62,518 nt of DNA, from contig JAACWB010000006.1 in assembly GCA_009992215.1 (NCBI GenBank), positions 1-62,518 on the forward strand, in the 5' to 3' direction. The position numbers and the translations under genes are program-made. Position 1 is the first letter of the stretch, and every line of letters begins with the position of its first letter. The DNA is from an archaeon. GTDB lineage: Archaea; Nanobdellota; Nanobdellia; Pacearchaeales; GW2011-AR1. Positions 35,978-45,365 of the stretch are shown here, in pieces. The notes under the pieces are model-generated. The model saw only the letters and a list, made by a program, of their open reading frames with translations. It searched no databases and was not told the DNA's origin.

Positions 35978-37216
35978 ATGGATTTCCTAACAAAAGTATT
36001 TTTGGTGTATTCGTTTATTGCGTTTTACTTTATGTTCCTATTTGTACTAATTTATTTGAAAAATGTAAAAAAAATTAGTCAAGTTCCAAAGATAACAAAG
36101 GAATACCCAATTTCTTTTGTAATTACTTGTTATAATGAGGGTGAGTCTGTTGGAAAAGCAATTGATAACTTGGCAAACAACGGATATTCCAATTTAAAAA
36201 AAATTGTTGTAGTTGATGATTGTAGTAAAGACAATTCTTATGAAATAATAAAAAAATATGAGAAAAAATATCCTGGGCTTGTTATGGCCGTTCAAACTCC
36301 AAAAAACACGGGTTGCGCGGCAGGAGCAAAAAATTATGGTTCAAAATTTGTTACAACTGATTTAATTGGTTTTACTGATGGAGACAGTTTTCCTGAACCT
36401 GGAGCAGTTAAAAGTACAATTGGATTTTTTGATGATTTGAAAGTTGGAGCAGTAACTTCAACAGTTCTTGTAAAGAATAGGATGAACTTATTAACGAGGA
36501 TGCAAGCAATTGAATATATTGTGATTAAATTTACTAGAAAACTTTTAGAATTTGTTGGTTCAATTTATGTGACTCCTGGCCCACTTGCAATTTACAGACG
36601 TGAATATTTTGAAAAAATTGGAAAGTTTGATGATAAAAATTTGACTGAAGACATTGAAATTACTTGGAGAATGTTATACAATGGGTACGATGTTAAAATG
36701 AGTGTTCCAGCTAAAGTCTATTCTATTGCGCCAGAAAAATTCAAGCCTTGGTTTAGGCAAAGAATTCGTTGGAATAAAGGTGGAATTCAATGTATGTTTA
36801 AGTATGCAAACACTTTTGGAAGAAAAGGAATGCTTGGTGCTTTTGTTTTGCCCTTCTTTGTTTTTAGTTGGATTCTTGGAGCTTTTGGTTTAGTGATTTT
36901 ACTTTATAGAGCAATTAGAACAATTATTGTTAGATATTTATTGACTACTTATTCCGTTGAAGCACATACGGCAATTCTTAGAATGAGTGATATAAATTTG
37001 AATCCTAGTATTTTAGCTTTTATTGGATTTGTTTTGTTAATCTTAAGTGTTACATATTCTTTGATTGCTTTATTTAGTATCAAGGAGAGAAAAGAATATA
37101 AAAGACCAACAATATTTACTTTTGTAATATTCGAGTTTTTCTATTTGCTCGCATATCCAGTAATTTTGGTTATGTCTGCATTTGAATTAATTCGAGGAAA
37201 GAAAACTTGGAGTTAA
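35978..37216 (+). CDS. processive family-2 glycosyltransferase (membrane-integrated)
   Basis: VVDDCSKDN, TDGD and QRIRWNKG (the QxxRW motif), with N- and C-terminal TM helices. Confidence 0.8.
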   Translation: MDFLTKVFLVYSFIAFYFMFLFVLIYLKNVKKISQVPKITKEYPISFVITCYNEGESVGKAIDNLANNGYSNLKKIVVVDDCSKDNSYEIIKKYEKKYPGLVMAVQTPKNTGCAAGAKNYGSKFVTTDLIGFTDGDSFPEPGAVKSTIGFFDDLKVGAVTSTVLVKNRMNLLTRMQAIEYIVIKFTRKLLEFVGSIYVTPGPLAIYRREYFEKIGKFDDKNLTEDIEITWRMLYNGYDVKMSVPAKVYSIAPEKFKPWFRQRIRWNKGGIQCMFKYANTFGRKGMLGAFVLPFFVFSWILGAFGLVILLYRAIRTIIVRYLLTTYSVEAHTAILRMSDINLNPSILAFIGFVLLILSVTYSLIALFSIKERKEYKRPTIFTFVIFEFFYLLAYPVILVMSAFELIRGKKTWS

Positions 37217-37217
37217 A

Positions 37218-37865
37218 ATGAAATACCCTGTATTTTTACAAGCATTGGCACTTACAATAGTTGTTTTTCTAATTGGTATGTATTCAGGAATTGCACTTGA
37301 AGACAGTAGAATGAATCAAATTACAGATTATCAACTTGATTCAGAGGTTGCACTAATTGATGTTATTAATTTAGATAATGTTTTGTCTTCCATGGATGTT
37401 AGTTGTGAAGAATTAAAACAAGCTAATTTTGATTTACTTGACAGAGTTTATGAGGAAGCGCAAGTTTTGGATCAATATGAAGAAGTACAAAGGTTAACAA
37501 AGAAATTTAATTCTTTACATAAAAAATATGATGTTTTACGTTCTTATTTATGGGTAAATGCCATTGAAATTAAAGAGAAATGTGGGGATGACTTTAACAC
37601 TATTGTTTATTTGTATAACAATAGTGAAGAAGATTTAACAATTAAAGCTGAACAAAATGTTTGGTCTAAGATTTTGTCTGAAGTGAAACAAGAAAAAGGT
37701 CAAGATGTTTTATTAATTCCAATTGATGCAAATACTGATTTAATTTCATTACATGCAATTTTGTCTGATTTTAATGTAACAAGATATCCGACAGTAGTTG
37801 TTAATGAGAAAACAATTTTTAGTGAACTTGCTAGTAAAGAGGAAGTTTTAGCAGTTTTGAAGTAA
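37218..37865 (+). CDS. membrane-anchored hypothetical protein
   Basis: N-terminal TM segment. Starts 1 nt after the GT2 stop. Confidence 0.5.
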   Translation: MKYPVFLQALALTIVVFLIGMYSGIALEDSRMNQITDYQLDSEVALIDVINLDNVLSSMDVSCEELKQANFDLLDRVYEEAQVLDQYEEVQRLTKKFNSLHKKYDVLRSYLWVNAIEIKEKCGDDFNTIVYLYNNSEEDLTIKAEQNVWSKILSEVKQEKGQDVLLIPIDANTDLISLHAILSDFNVTRYPTVVVNEKTIFSELASKEEVLAVLK

Positions 37866-37933
37866 GTTTCTAAAAATCAATTAATATCTTCTACTATCAC
37901 AATCTTAAAAAAGAGTGATTTTGTGTTTTTATT

Positions 37934-38884
37934 ATGAATGAGTGTTACAGATGCGGTGCTACAGAAAGGGAATCTGTTTTGTATGAAGCAGTTAACACAA
38001 CAGGGGTTGTTTTTGTTTGCCGTAAATGTTATTTTAAGTATCGTATGCCTTTAATTGAGAAAAAACATGTTGAATGGAAGGATGTTGAAAAAAGAGAGTC
38101 TGTTAGGGAAAGACTTGCTAAAATTGCGCATGTTGATTTGAATGCTACAAAAACAAGAGTTGTTCCAAAGAGTCAAACTGACATGACTTTAAGAGAAATT
38201 GTTGAAAAGAATTTTCAGAAAACTAAAATAGAGAAAACAAATTTACCAAGTGAATTAATTGATAATTTTAATTGGGTTATTATGAGGAAGAGAAGAATGT
38301 TAAAATTAACTCAAGAAGAACTTGCAATGAAACTTCAAGAGCCAGAGGTTGTTATTCATGAGATTGAGAGAGGAAATTTGCCTAGGGATTACAAAGTTTT
38401 AATCAAGAAACTTGAAGCTTATTTGGGTGTTTATTTATTCAAGGAAAGAGATAATGAAATTAGTTCTGAAGATATAACAAATGAGGCAAAAACGCCAACA
38501 GGAATTTTGACTTCGGAAATTAAAGAAAAAACTGGAATTAGGGGTTGGTTTTTTTCAAAGAAAAAGGAAGAAACTTCAGAAGAAGAATTAGAACTTGAAG
38601 ATTTGAATCTTGAAAGTATAAATGAAATTGTTGGTGAACCAGTTGAAGATGTTAAGATTGAGCCAGTTATTGAAGAACCAAAAGTTAGATATAATTTTAA
38701 GCGTGAAGAACCAAAGGAATTATTTTTTGAGCAAAAATCTTTTTCAGACAAGGATTTTTATAAGCCTCGTGAGGATAAAAATATTTTTAGTCATGCTGAA
38801 GAAACAAAGAAAGAAGTTATTGAAGAAAAAGAAGAGTTGTCCTCTGAAGATATTAATGACTTGATTTGGAAAAGAAGAGAATAG
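37934..38884 (+). CDS. MBF1-like zinc-ribbon + HTH protein with long acidic C-terminal extension
   Basis: CYRCG..CRKC and LKLTQEELAMKLQEPEVVIHEIERG. Confidence 0.7.
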   Translation: MNECYRCGATERESVLYEAVNTTGVVFVCRKCYFKYRMPLIEKKHVEWKDVEKRESVRERLAKIAHVDLNATKTRVVPKSQTDMTLREIVEKNFQKTKIEKTNLPSELIDNFNWVIMRKRRMLKLTQEELAMKLQEPEVVIHEIERGNLPRDYKVLIKKLEAYLGVYLFKERDNEISSEDITNEAKTPTGILTSEIKEKTGIRGWFFSKKKEETSEEELELEDLNLESINEIVGEPVEDVKIEPVIEEPKVRYNFKREEPKELFFEQKSFSDKDFYKPREDKNIFSHAEETKKEVIEEKEELSSEDINDLIWKRRE

Positions 38885-38929
38885 TTTTCAAAAGAAAACT
38901 TTATAAATGGACACTGCGATTTCTATGTT

Positions 38930-39187
38930 ATGGAACTTAAATTTCTAAAAGAAGCAAAAGATGAAGTTGAGGTAGAATTCCCAGATTTAACTTTGGTTGA
39001 AATCCTCCGAGTTTACTTGAATAAAGATAGTGATGTAACTTTTGCTGCATGGAAAAGAGAACACTATACAAAAAAGCCAGTGTTAAAAGTTAAGGCTAAA
39101 GATGCTAAAGCTGCGATTAAAGACGCAATTAAGGCTGTTAATGCTGATTTGGATTCGTTAGAGAAGGAGTTCAAAACTCTAAAATAA
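38930..39187 (+). CDS. rpoL: RNA polymerase subunit Rpo11 (L)
   Basis: The 85-aa layout MELKFLKEAKDEVEVEF..LVEILRVYL..FAAWKREHY..PVLKVKAK resembles Rpo11. Confidence 0.55.
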   Translation: MELKFLKEAKDEVEVEFPDLTLVEILRVYLNKDSDVTFAAWKREHYTKKPVLKVKAKDAKAAIKDAIKAVNADLDSLEKEFKTLK

Positions 39188-39303
39188 TTTTTTAATTTTG
39201 TTTCTTTTTGGCTAAAATCTACAAATTTCATTACTCGTGTAGCGATGCTACACAACGCAATAAAATTCATAGCATTTTAGCTCAAAAATAATTCAAAATT
39301 GGG
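39188..39303 (+). terminator. post-stop hairpin module, subtype 2, copy d
   Basis: Starts at the Rpo11 stop. GCTAAAAT (39211..39218) pairs with ATTTTAGC (39274..39281). Inner hairpin GTGTAGC GAT GCTACAC (39237..39253). Confidence 0.6.
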
Positions 39304-39312
39304 ATTGGATTT

Positions 39313-39401
39313 GAAATTTTCTTCGTTATTATTCGCGCCCGAATTTTTGAAACGCGTCCCGCCCAACCCTATTTACGAAGATATTTTCTGATTTAGTTAA
39401 G
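39313..39401 (+). repeat. C-tract hairpin repeat, copy D
   Basis: gaaattttcttcgttatt..cgcgccc..gcgtcccgcccaaccct..atttacgaagatattttc..agttaag. Confidence 0.8.
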
Positions 39402-39482
39402 GATTTGGAAAATTTGACAAAAAGAAATAAAATTGGGTTTTTGAAGATATATTTTTATTAATAATTAATTTCTTATTTTATT

Positions 39483-39863
39483 ATGAAAGTAATTAATGGG
39501 ATTATTTTTGAAAAGGGGAAGGTTTTATTGGTAAAGAAGAAAGATAAGTGGATTCTTCCTGGAGGTAAACTTGAAAATGAATTATATTTTCATTGTTTGG
39601 AAAGGGAATTTTCTGAAGAGTTAAGTGAAACAAAAATTGATGTTGGAGAATTTTATGATACTTTTTCTGGAATAACGCCGTTTAGTAAAAAATATTTTGA
39701 AGCAGATGTTTACTTTTGTACGCTTCTTTCTGATTTAGGTAAACCTTCCCAAGAAATTTTGGATAGAAAATATTTTGGTAAAGAGGATATAAAAGAAATT
39801 GAATTATCCAAGGTTACACGGGATATTTTTAATCGCTTAGTAAAAGAGGGATATGTAAAATAA
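39483..39863 (+). CDS. small NUDIX-like protein
   Basis: PGGKLENELYFHCLEREFSEELSE is a near-complete Nudix box. Confidence 0.6.
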   Translation: MKVINGIIFEKGKVLLVKKKDKWILPGGKLENELYFHCLEREFSEELSETKIDVGEFYDTFSGITPFSKKYFEADVYFCTLLSDLGKPSQEILDRKYFGKEDIKEIELSKVTRDIFNRLVKEGYVK

Positions 39864-39917
39864 TTTTATTTCTTTTGGAAGATATATTTTTATTAAGTTT
39901 ATTTTGTTTTATTTTTT

Positions 39918-40304
39918 ATGACAAGTAGGTTTTATGGTATTGTTATTCAGGATGGAAAAGTTTTGTCCGTTGAAACTGGAGGTTATACTGTTTTTCCTGG
40001 AGGAGAGCCAAAGGAATTTGAGTCTGGATGTGATTGTTTGATTAGGGAATTTAGTGAAGAATTATCTGGTACTAAAATAAAAATTGAAAATCATTATCGT
40101 GATTTTCTTTCAATTGACCCTAAAAATGATGAACCTTTTTTATGCAAGAATTATTTTGTCACGTTATCTTCTCCTCTTGGAAAACCTTCATTGGAAGTTT
40201 ATAATGTTAGATGGATTGACAGTACTTTTTTAGACGTCTTGAAATTTTCTGACAGTTCCAAGAAAACTTTGGTTTCATTAATTCAGGATGGTTTTGTAAA
40301 ATGA
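39918..40304 (+). CDS. small NUDIX-like protein (tandem paralog)
   Basis: PGGEPKEFESGCDCLIREFSEELSG. Overlaps the radB start by 4 nt. Confidence 0.6.
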   Translation: MTSRFYGIVIQDGKVLSVETGGYTVFPGGEPKEFESGCDCLIREFSEELSGTKIKIENHYRDFLSIDPKNDEPFLCKNYFVTLSSPLGKPSLEVYNVRWIDSTFLDVLKFSDSSKKTLVSLIQDGFVK

Positions 40305-41026
40305 ATGAAAGGATTTCAACTGGAAGTTTTGATTTGAATGATTGGCTTTGCGGAGGTTATGAAAAAGGGATTGTTACAATGATTGTTGGGCCGCCAGGTT
40401 CAGGAAAAAGTAATTTGTCTATTTTGTCTGCTTGTAGTCAAGCAAGGGACAAGAAGGTGATTTTTATTGATACTGAAGGAGGCTTTTCAATTGAGAGAGT
40501 TAAACAAATTGTTGGAATTGATTATGAAAATATACTTCAAAATATTTTAATTTTGAATCCGACAAATTTTAATGAACAAAAGGAATCTTTTGAAAAATTG
40601 CTTGGTTATTTGAAAAGTGACAAAATTGGTTTAATTGTAGTGGATTCCATGGCAATGCTTTATCGACTGGAACTTGGGGACGCAATTAGTTTAGGGGATC
40701 AAGAAAAAATAAATGAAATTAATCGTGATGTTGCAAAACAAATGAGAACACTTGTAGAAATTTCAAGAAAAAGGGAGATTCCTGTTTTAATTACGAATCA
40801 AGTTTATTCAGAGTTTTTGAGTTTTGAAGATTTGAAAAATGGGGTTGAAAAGGAAACAAATATTGTTGGTGGAGATTTATTCAAATATTGGAGTAAATGT
40901 ATAATTGAATTAAAAAATAATCGTTCTCGTCGTGCAATTTTACTTAAGCATAGAAGTCTTGAGAAAGGAGAGTTTCCTTTTGAGATTAGGAATGAAGGTA
41001 TTTTTAGAAGGAAAGGAATTTTTTAG
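40301..41026 (+). CDS. radB: RadB / RadA-paralog recombinase
   Basis: GGYEKGIVTMIVGPPGSGKSN is a Walker A, with LIVVDS as Walker B. Confidence 0.75.
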   Translation: MNERISTGSFDLNDWLCGGYEKGIVTMIVGPPGSGKSNLSILSACSQARDKKVIFIDTEGGFSIERVKQIVGIDYENILQNILILNPTNFNEQKESFEKLLGYLKSDKIGLIVVDSMAMLYRLELGDAISLGDQEKINEINRDVAKQMRTLVEISRKREIPVLITNQVYSEFLSFEDLKNGVEKETNIVGGDLFKYWSKCIIELKNNRSRRAILLKHRSLEKGEFPFEIRNEGIFRRKGIF

Positions 41027-41141
41027 CTAGTGAGATGGAAGTTAGAAGTTTTGGGAAAATTTCTTTGCTATTGATATTAGGGCACCCGCCCAATCTGGAA
41101 TACCCGCCCTATTTACGAAGAAATTTTCTTGAGAAATTAAG
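41024..41141 (+). repeat. C-tract hairpin repeat, copy E
   Basis: tagctagtgag..gaaaatttctttgctatt..cacccgcccaatctggaatacccgccc..atttacgaagaaattttc..aattaag. The first 3 nt are the radB stop codon. Confidence 0.8.
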
Positions 41142-41180
41142 GGGAAGAAATACAAATTAGTTTGGAGTTGAAAGTATTTG

Positions 41181-41263
41181 GAAAATAAATTTTTGCAATT
41201 AATATTCAAAACAGCCCGCCCAACCCGCCCAATACCAAAAATTTATTTTTTAATTTAATTAAG
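41181..41263 (+). repeat. C-tract hairpin repeat, copy F (subfamily 2)
   Basis: gaaaataaatttttgcaattaatattcaaaacagcccgcccaacccgcccaataccaaaaatttatttt..aattaag. Confidence 0.85.
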
Positions 41264-41396
41264 AGAAGAAGCTTTGAGAAGAAAAAAGTGGGTGGAAGTT
41301 GGAAGGGAAGAGTATTTTTAGAAGGAAGGATTATTCTAATAAATTAGTGAAGATGTTTGTGCTAAAATATAAATAATATATTTGTTTTATTTTTTT

Positions 41397-41864
41397 ATGG
41401 TAAAGTGGGTTCTTTTGATTAGTCTTGTTATTTTGTGTAATTTGATTGGTTCAATTGGAGGGCTTTGGGCAGGAGGAAATTCTCCTTGGTATAAAAATTT
41501 GAATAAGCCTAAATTTAATCCACCAAGTTGGGTTTTTCTTCCTGTTTGGACTTTTTTATTTACGCTTATGGGAATTGCTTTGTATTTTGTTTGGGTTGCT
41601 CCAAGTTCAAGTTTAAGGACAACAGCTTTGGTATTTTTTGGTATTCAATTTTTGTTTAATGTTCTTTGGAGTTTCTCTTTTTTTGGTTTAGAAAATCCTT
41701 TATCGGGTTTAATTAATATTCTTGTTTTGGATGTTTTAATTTTAATTACTGGAATTTATTTTTTTAGAGTAAACAATTTCTCTGGTTATTTGTTTATTCC
41801 ATATTTTCTCTGGGTTGGCTTTGCAAGTTTATTGAATTGGTCAATTTTTAGACTAAATATTTAA
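41397..41864 (+). CDS. tspO: TspO/MBR family tryptophan-rich sensory protein
   Basis: WYKNLNKPKFNPPSWVFLPVWTFLFTLMGIA and five TM segments. Confidence 0.85.
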   Translation: MVKWVLLISLVILCNLIGSIGGLWAGGNSPWYKNLNKPKFNPPSWVFLPVWTFLFTLMGIALYFVWVAPSSSLRTTALVFFGIQFLFNVLWSFSFFGLENPLSGLINILVLDVLILITGIYFFRVNNFSGYLFIPYFLWVGFASLLNWSIFRLNI

Positions 41865-41896
41865 TCAGTAACACTTAAATAGTAGTAACACTTTGA

Positions 41897-42331
41897 ATGT
41901 TTATGAAAAAAGGTGTTAATCTTGAAAGGTTAGCAGAGTTTGATTTTGTTTTACCAGACAAAACTGTGTCTTTTGAAAATCCTGATTTATTTAGTTTAGA
42001 TAATGTTTATTGTTTTAAGGCTTATTATGATTTATTAGAAAAAGAAAATCCAACTGAAAAAATTATTCTTAGTAAATTACATTCTTCTTTTTTGAATGAA
42101 CATTATAATAAAAACATGGAAAAGAAATATCGGTCTGTTAGAAATCAAAAGGCAATTTTACCTAGAGTAGATTATGAATTCTTGATTACTGGCGCTAGTT
42201 TAGCTACTTCTGGAAAAAATGTTTGCATACTCTCAAATGATTTACTAATTAATTCTGCTTACAAAGAAATTCTCAATCGTAATAGTTATTTGAATAAAAA
42301 TAATTTTGTTATTTCTGAATTTGAAGAGTGA
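41897..42331 (+). CDS. hypothetical protein
   Basis: ORF of 144 aa. Confidence 0.5.
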   Translation: MFMKKGVNLERLAEFDFVLPDKTVSFENPDLFSLDNVYCFKAYYDLLEKENPTEKIILSKLHSSFLNEHYNKNMEKKYRSVRNQKAILPRVDYEFLITGASLATSGKNVCILSNDLLINSAYKEILNRNSYLNKNNFVISEFEE

Positions 42332-42420
42332 AAAATTCAAAAATGTTATAAACAATATTGTTTATGATGTTGTATGAAGATACTTCGAGATTCAAGAGAA
42401 TTGAAAGGAGGTATTTATTT

Positions 42421-43218
42421 ATGAAAAAAACTTATTTATTTTTAGTGTTTGGAGTTATATTACTGCTCTCATTTTCTTTTACTCTGGCTTGTAAAGACAC
42501 GGATGGTGAAAACTTTTTTACAAAAGGGAAAGTTTATGATGACTTTGGGGTTTATGTAGATTTTTGTAATACTTTTAATCCAGATATGGCTATTGACTAT
42601 ATTTGTTTATTTGGGTATGCAGTAGATTCATTCTATCTTTGTCCAGATGGTTGTTTTGATGGAGCTTGTATAACAGCTTGTGAATCCGAGACTTGTTCTA
42701 GTTTAGGAGCTACATGTGGAGTTCAAAGCGATGGATGTGGAGGAACATTAGATTGTGGAACTTGCACTACTGGAAATGTATGTCAAGAAGATACATGTGT
42801 TTCATCCAATGTTTCAACTTGTGGTAATGGAAATTGTTTGTTATATGAAGGTGATTCAGTGGAATTTAATATACCAAATTGTACGGTGGATATATCTATA
42901 GCTTGGGATTCATTAAATTCTGTTTATCAAATATATCCATCTTGGATTACATATTATTCAGGAGAAATTGTTGATTTTGATCATGAGGTTGCTATTTTAG
43001 ATATAACAACACAGATACTTGGTTATGACCCTTATACTTGGCAAAGAATTGTTGGTTATGGAGAATCTCCTCTTTGGGCAATTCATCAATGCGGAGGCGA
43101 TAGAAATATATATTTCTCTGCAAATGAAATTTATTCAACTGGTTATTTGGGTAACCCTTTACCTGGAAGAGAAGGGGATGCTTGGGTAAATTTTGCTTAT
43201 ACAGTGGTTCAAAACTAA
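42421..43218 (+). CDS. secreted cysteine-rich protein
   Basis: GGAGG lies 8 nt upstream. Signal peptide MKKTYLFLVFGVILLLSFSFTLAC. Cys module CESETCSSLGATCGVQSDGCGGTLDCGTCTTGNVC. Confidence 0.65.
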   Translation: MKKTYLFLVFGVILLLSFSFTLACKDTDGENFFTKGKVYDDFGVYVDFCNTFNPDMAIDYICLFGYAVDSFYLCPDGCFDGACITACESETCSSLGATCGVQSDGCGGTLDCGTCTTGNVCQEDTCVSSNVSTCGNGNCLLYEGDSVEFNIPNCTVDISIAWDSLNSVYQIYPSWITYYSGEIVDFDHEVAILDITTQILGYDPYTWQRIVGYGESPLWAIHQCGGDRNIYFSANEIYSTGYLGNPLPGREGDAWVNFAYTVVQN

Positions 43219-43393
43219 GTTATTTTTTATTTTTATTTTATTTTTTGATTTTGAAAATTTACTTAAATGATTTTATTTAAAGGATCTAAAAATTTCTAAA
43301 AAAAATTTTCTAAATTAAATTATTTTGAAATTAAATTTTCAATAAATTCCATTTAACCCCAAAACTTAAATACTGATATATTTTGAGTTTGTT

Positions 43394-43915
43394 ATGGCAA
43401 TTAAAAATGGCGACATTGTGAAAGTTGAGTATGAAGGACGTTTTTCCAATGGAGAAGTCTTTGATTCTTCAGAAAGACATGAGAAACCATTAGAATTTCA
43501 ACTTGGCCTTGGAATGTTAGTTCCGGGTTTTGAGAAAGCTGTCATTGGAATGGAAGCGGGAGAAGAAAAAGAAGTTACTTTGAACCCTTCCGAAGCATAC
43601 GGGGAAATTAATCCTGAATATGTTCAAGAAGTTCCAAAAGATAAGTTTCCTCCTGAAGCAAAAGAAGGAATGATGATTGGTTTACCTATGCCTGATGGGT
43701 ATCAAATACCTGCAACTATCACAAAAATTGGCGATGAAACTGTGACTCTTGACTTGAATCACCCAATGGCTGGAAAGACTTTGATTTTCAAAATTAAAGT
43801 TATTTCATTTGAAGAAAGTGAACTTCCAAAGGAAGATCATTCTTGTTCATGTCATTCTTGTTCGTGTGATGATGATTCTTGTGAAGATGAAGAACACAGC
43901 TGTAGTTGTTGTTAA
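43394..43915 (+). CDS. FKBP-type peptidyl-prolyl isomerase (SlyD-like) with Cys/His-rich tail
   Basis: VKVEYEGRFSNGEVFDSS, LVPGFEKAVIGM, and tail HSCSCHSCSCDDDSCEDEEHSCSCC. Confidence 0.85.
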   Translation: MAIKNGDIVKVEYEGRFSNGEVFDSSERHEKPLEFQLGLGMLVPGFEKAVIGMEAGEEKEVTLNPSEAYGEINPEYVQEVPKDKFPPEAKEGMMIGLPMPDGYQIPATITKIGDETVTLDLNHPMAGKTLIFKIKVISFEESELPKEDHSCSCHSCSCDDDSCEDEEHSCSCC

Positions 43916-43932
43916 ATTTGTAATCTTTTTCA

Positions 43933-44000
43933 TTGATACTTGTTAAAGAAATTTCTTATGTAGCGCTGCTACACTGCGAAATTTTTTAACGGCGTCTAAA
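43933..44000 (+). repeat. post-stop hairpin module, subtype 1, copy b
   Basis: Same sequence as copy a with 5 mismatches, 18 nt after the FKBP stop. Confidence 0.8.
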
Positions 44001-44104
44001 TAAAAAATCTTTACAAATTAGAAATAAGTGAGCCCTTGGGCGAGCGATTTATTTTGTTTTTTTATTTCATAAATCCATATAAATTGGATTTTGTTTTTTT
44101 CTTT

Positions 44105-45310
44105 ATGGAAAATATTAAATTTGGAAAGTCTGGGAAAGTTGGTAAGATTGATTTTAAGAGTAAAGATATTAGTCGGCTTTCGAAGTTTGAATCAATTAGT
44201 CCGCCTTCTATTTTTATTGGTTCTAAATTGACGTATCCAAATGTTAATGTTGGTATTTTGTCTCCCGTCGGAGAATTTGAAGATGCACAAGTTTATGATG
44301 ATTGCGAGAACTGGGCAAAAAATAATTATTCAATTAATGATGTTGTAAAACTTAGAACGGGTTTACTTAATTCAAGATTTAAATCAAAAGTACAGGATGT
44401 GAGATTGAATAAAAAATTTGTTGAAATTGCAAAGGATATTGCTCTTTCAAGTAAACCAGTTGATGTTGAAATTGAACTAAAAAACAAGATTAGTTCAGGA
44501 AATTTGAAAGATAATGTTTTAACGCCACACGGGATGAAAGGAGAATTAAAGGACGCAAAGATTACTTCTAATGTTAAAATTAATAATTTTGTTGATAAAG
44601 TAATTCATGATGAAATTAAATCTATAGAAGGAATGAATCTTTTGTATAAGAAAGGAATTAATGAATACAGTTTGTCAAAAATTTTGTCTATTGGAGTTTT
44701 GGGTTTAAGTAAGGACAAAAAGTTGGTTCCAACTAGGTGGAGTATAACGGCAACTGATGATGCTATTTCTAAAGAAATTTTGAAAAAAATAAAAGGATAT
44801 AATGAAATTGAAAATTATGAATTAATGTTTGGAGAATTTTTAGGGAACCAATATTTAATTTTACTTTTTCCTAGCGTATTTAGTTTTGAGTTGTTTGAGT
44901 TTTATTATCCTGGGTCTAGTTGGAATCCGGGAAAGGATTTTAAGGCAAGTCATGATTATGAAGGATTTTTGGGAAGAAAGGAATATGCATTTAATTGTGC
45001 TGGAGGATATTACGCAACGAGGTTTCCAATAACAGAGTATTTAGAGAAAATAAAACGTCAGGCGGGAGTTTTAGTTGTTAGGCTTGAAACACCTTCATAT
45101 TGGGCAAGTTTAGGGGTTTGGGTTGTTCGTGAGAGTGTTAGAAAAGCAATTAACAAAGGAAGTTTAAAATTTAGTGACAAGGAAGAATTTTTAGACTCTG
45201 TTAAAAAAATTGCAAAAATCAAATATGATTTTGACATTAACTTAATCTATGAAAAAAGTTGGTTTTTGAATTACGCTGAAAAGCAGAAATCTTTGGGTAA
45301 ATGGTTTTAG
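44105..45310 (+). CDS. nreA: Nre-family DNA repair protein with C-terminal PIP box
   Basis: SPPSIFIGSKLTYPNVNVGILSP, VPTRWSITATDD and terminal QKSLGKWF. Start trimmed to MENIKFG. Confidence 0.6.
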   Translation: MENIKFGKSGKVGKIDFKSKDISRLSKFESISPPSIFIGSKLTYPNVNVGILSPVGEFEDAQVYDDCENWAKNNYSINDVVKLRTGLLNSRFKSKVQDVRLNKKFVEIAKDIALSSKPVDVEIELKNKISSGNLKDNVLTPHGMKGELKDAKITSNVKINNFVDKVIHDEIKSIEGMNLLYKKGINEYSLSKILSIGVLGLSKDKKLVPTRWSITATDDAISKEILKKIKGYNEIENYELMFGEFLGNQYLILLFPSVFSFELFEFYYPGSSWNPGKDFKASHDYEGFLGRKEYAFNCAGGYYATRFPITEYLEKIKRQAGVLVVRLETPSYWASLGVWVVRESVRKAINKGSLKFSDKEEFLDSVKKIAKIKYDFDINLIYEKSWFLNYAEKQKSLGKWF

Positions 45311-45365
45311 AAAGCTTTTTAATACGAGATACCATTTCATAGTTACAAGGGGGACCAAACAGAAA

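Noticed and set aside
41027-41381. A 355-nt non-coding stretch with repeats as a replication origin.
   Set aside because: No ORB or mini-ORB-like inverted boxes are present, no orc1/cdc6 gene is nearby, and the content is explained by two copies of the dispersed repeat family.
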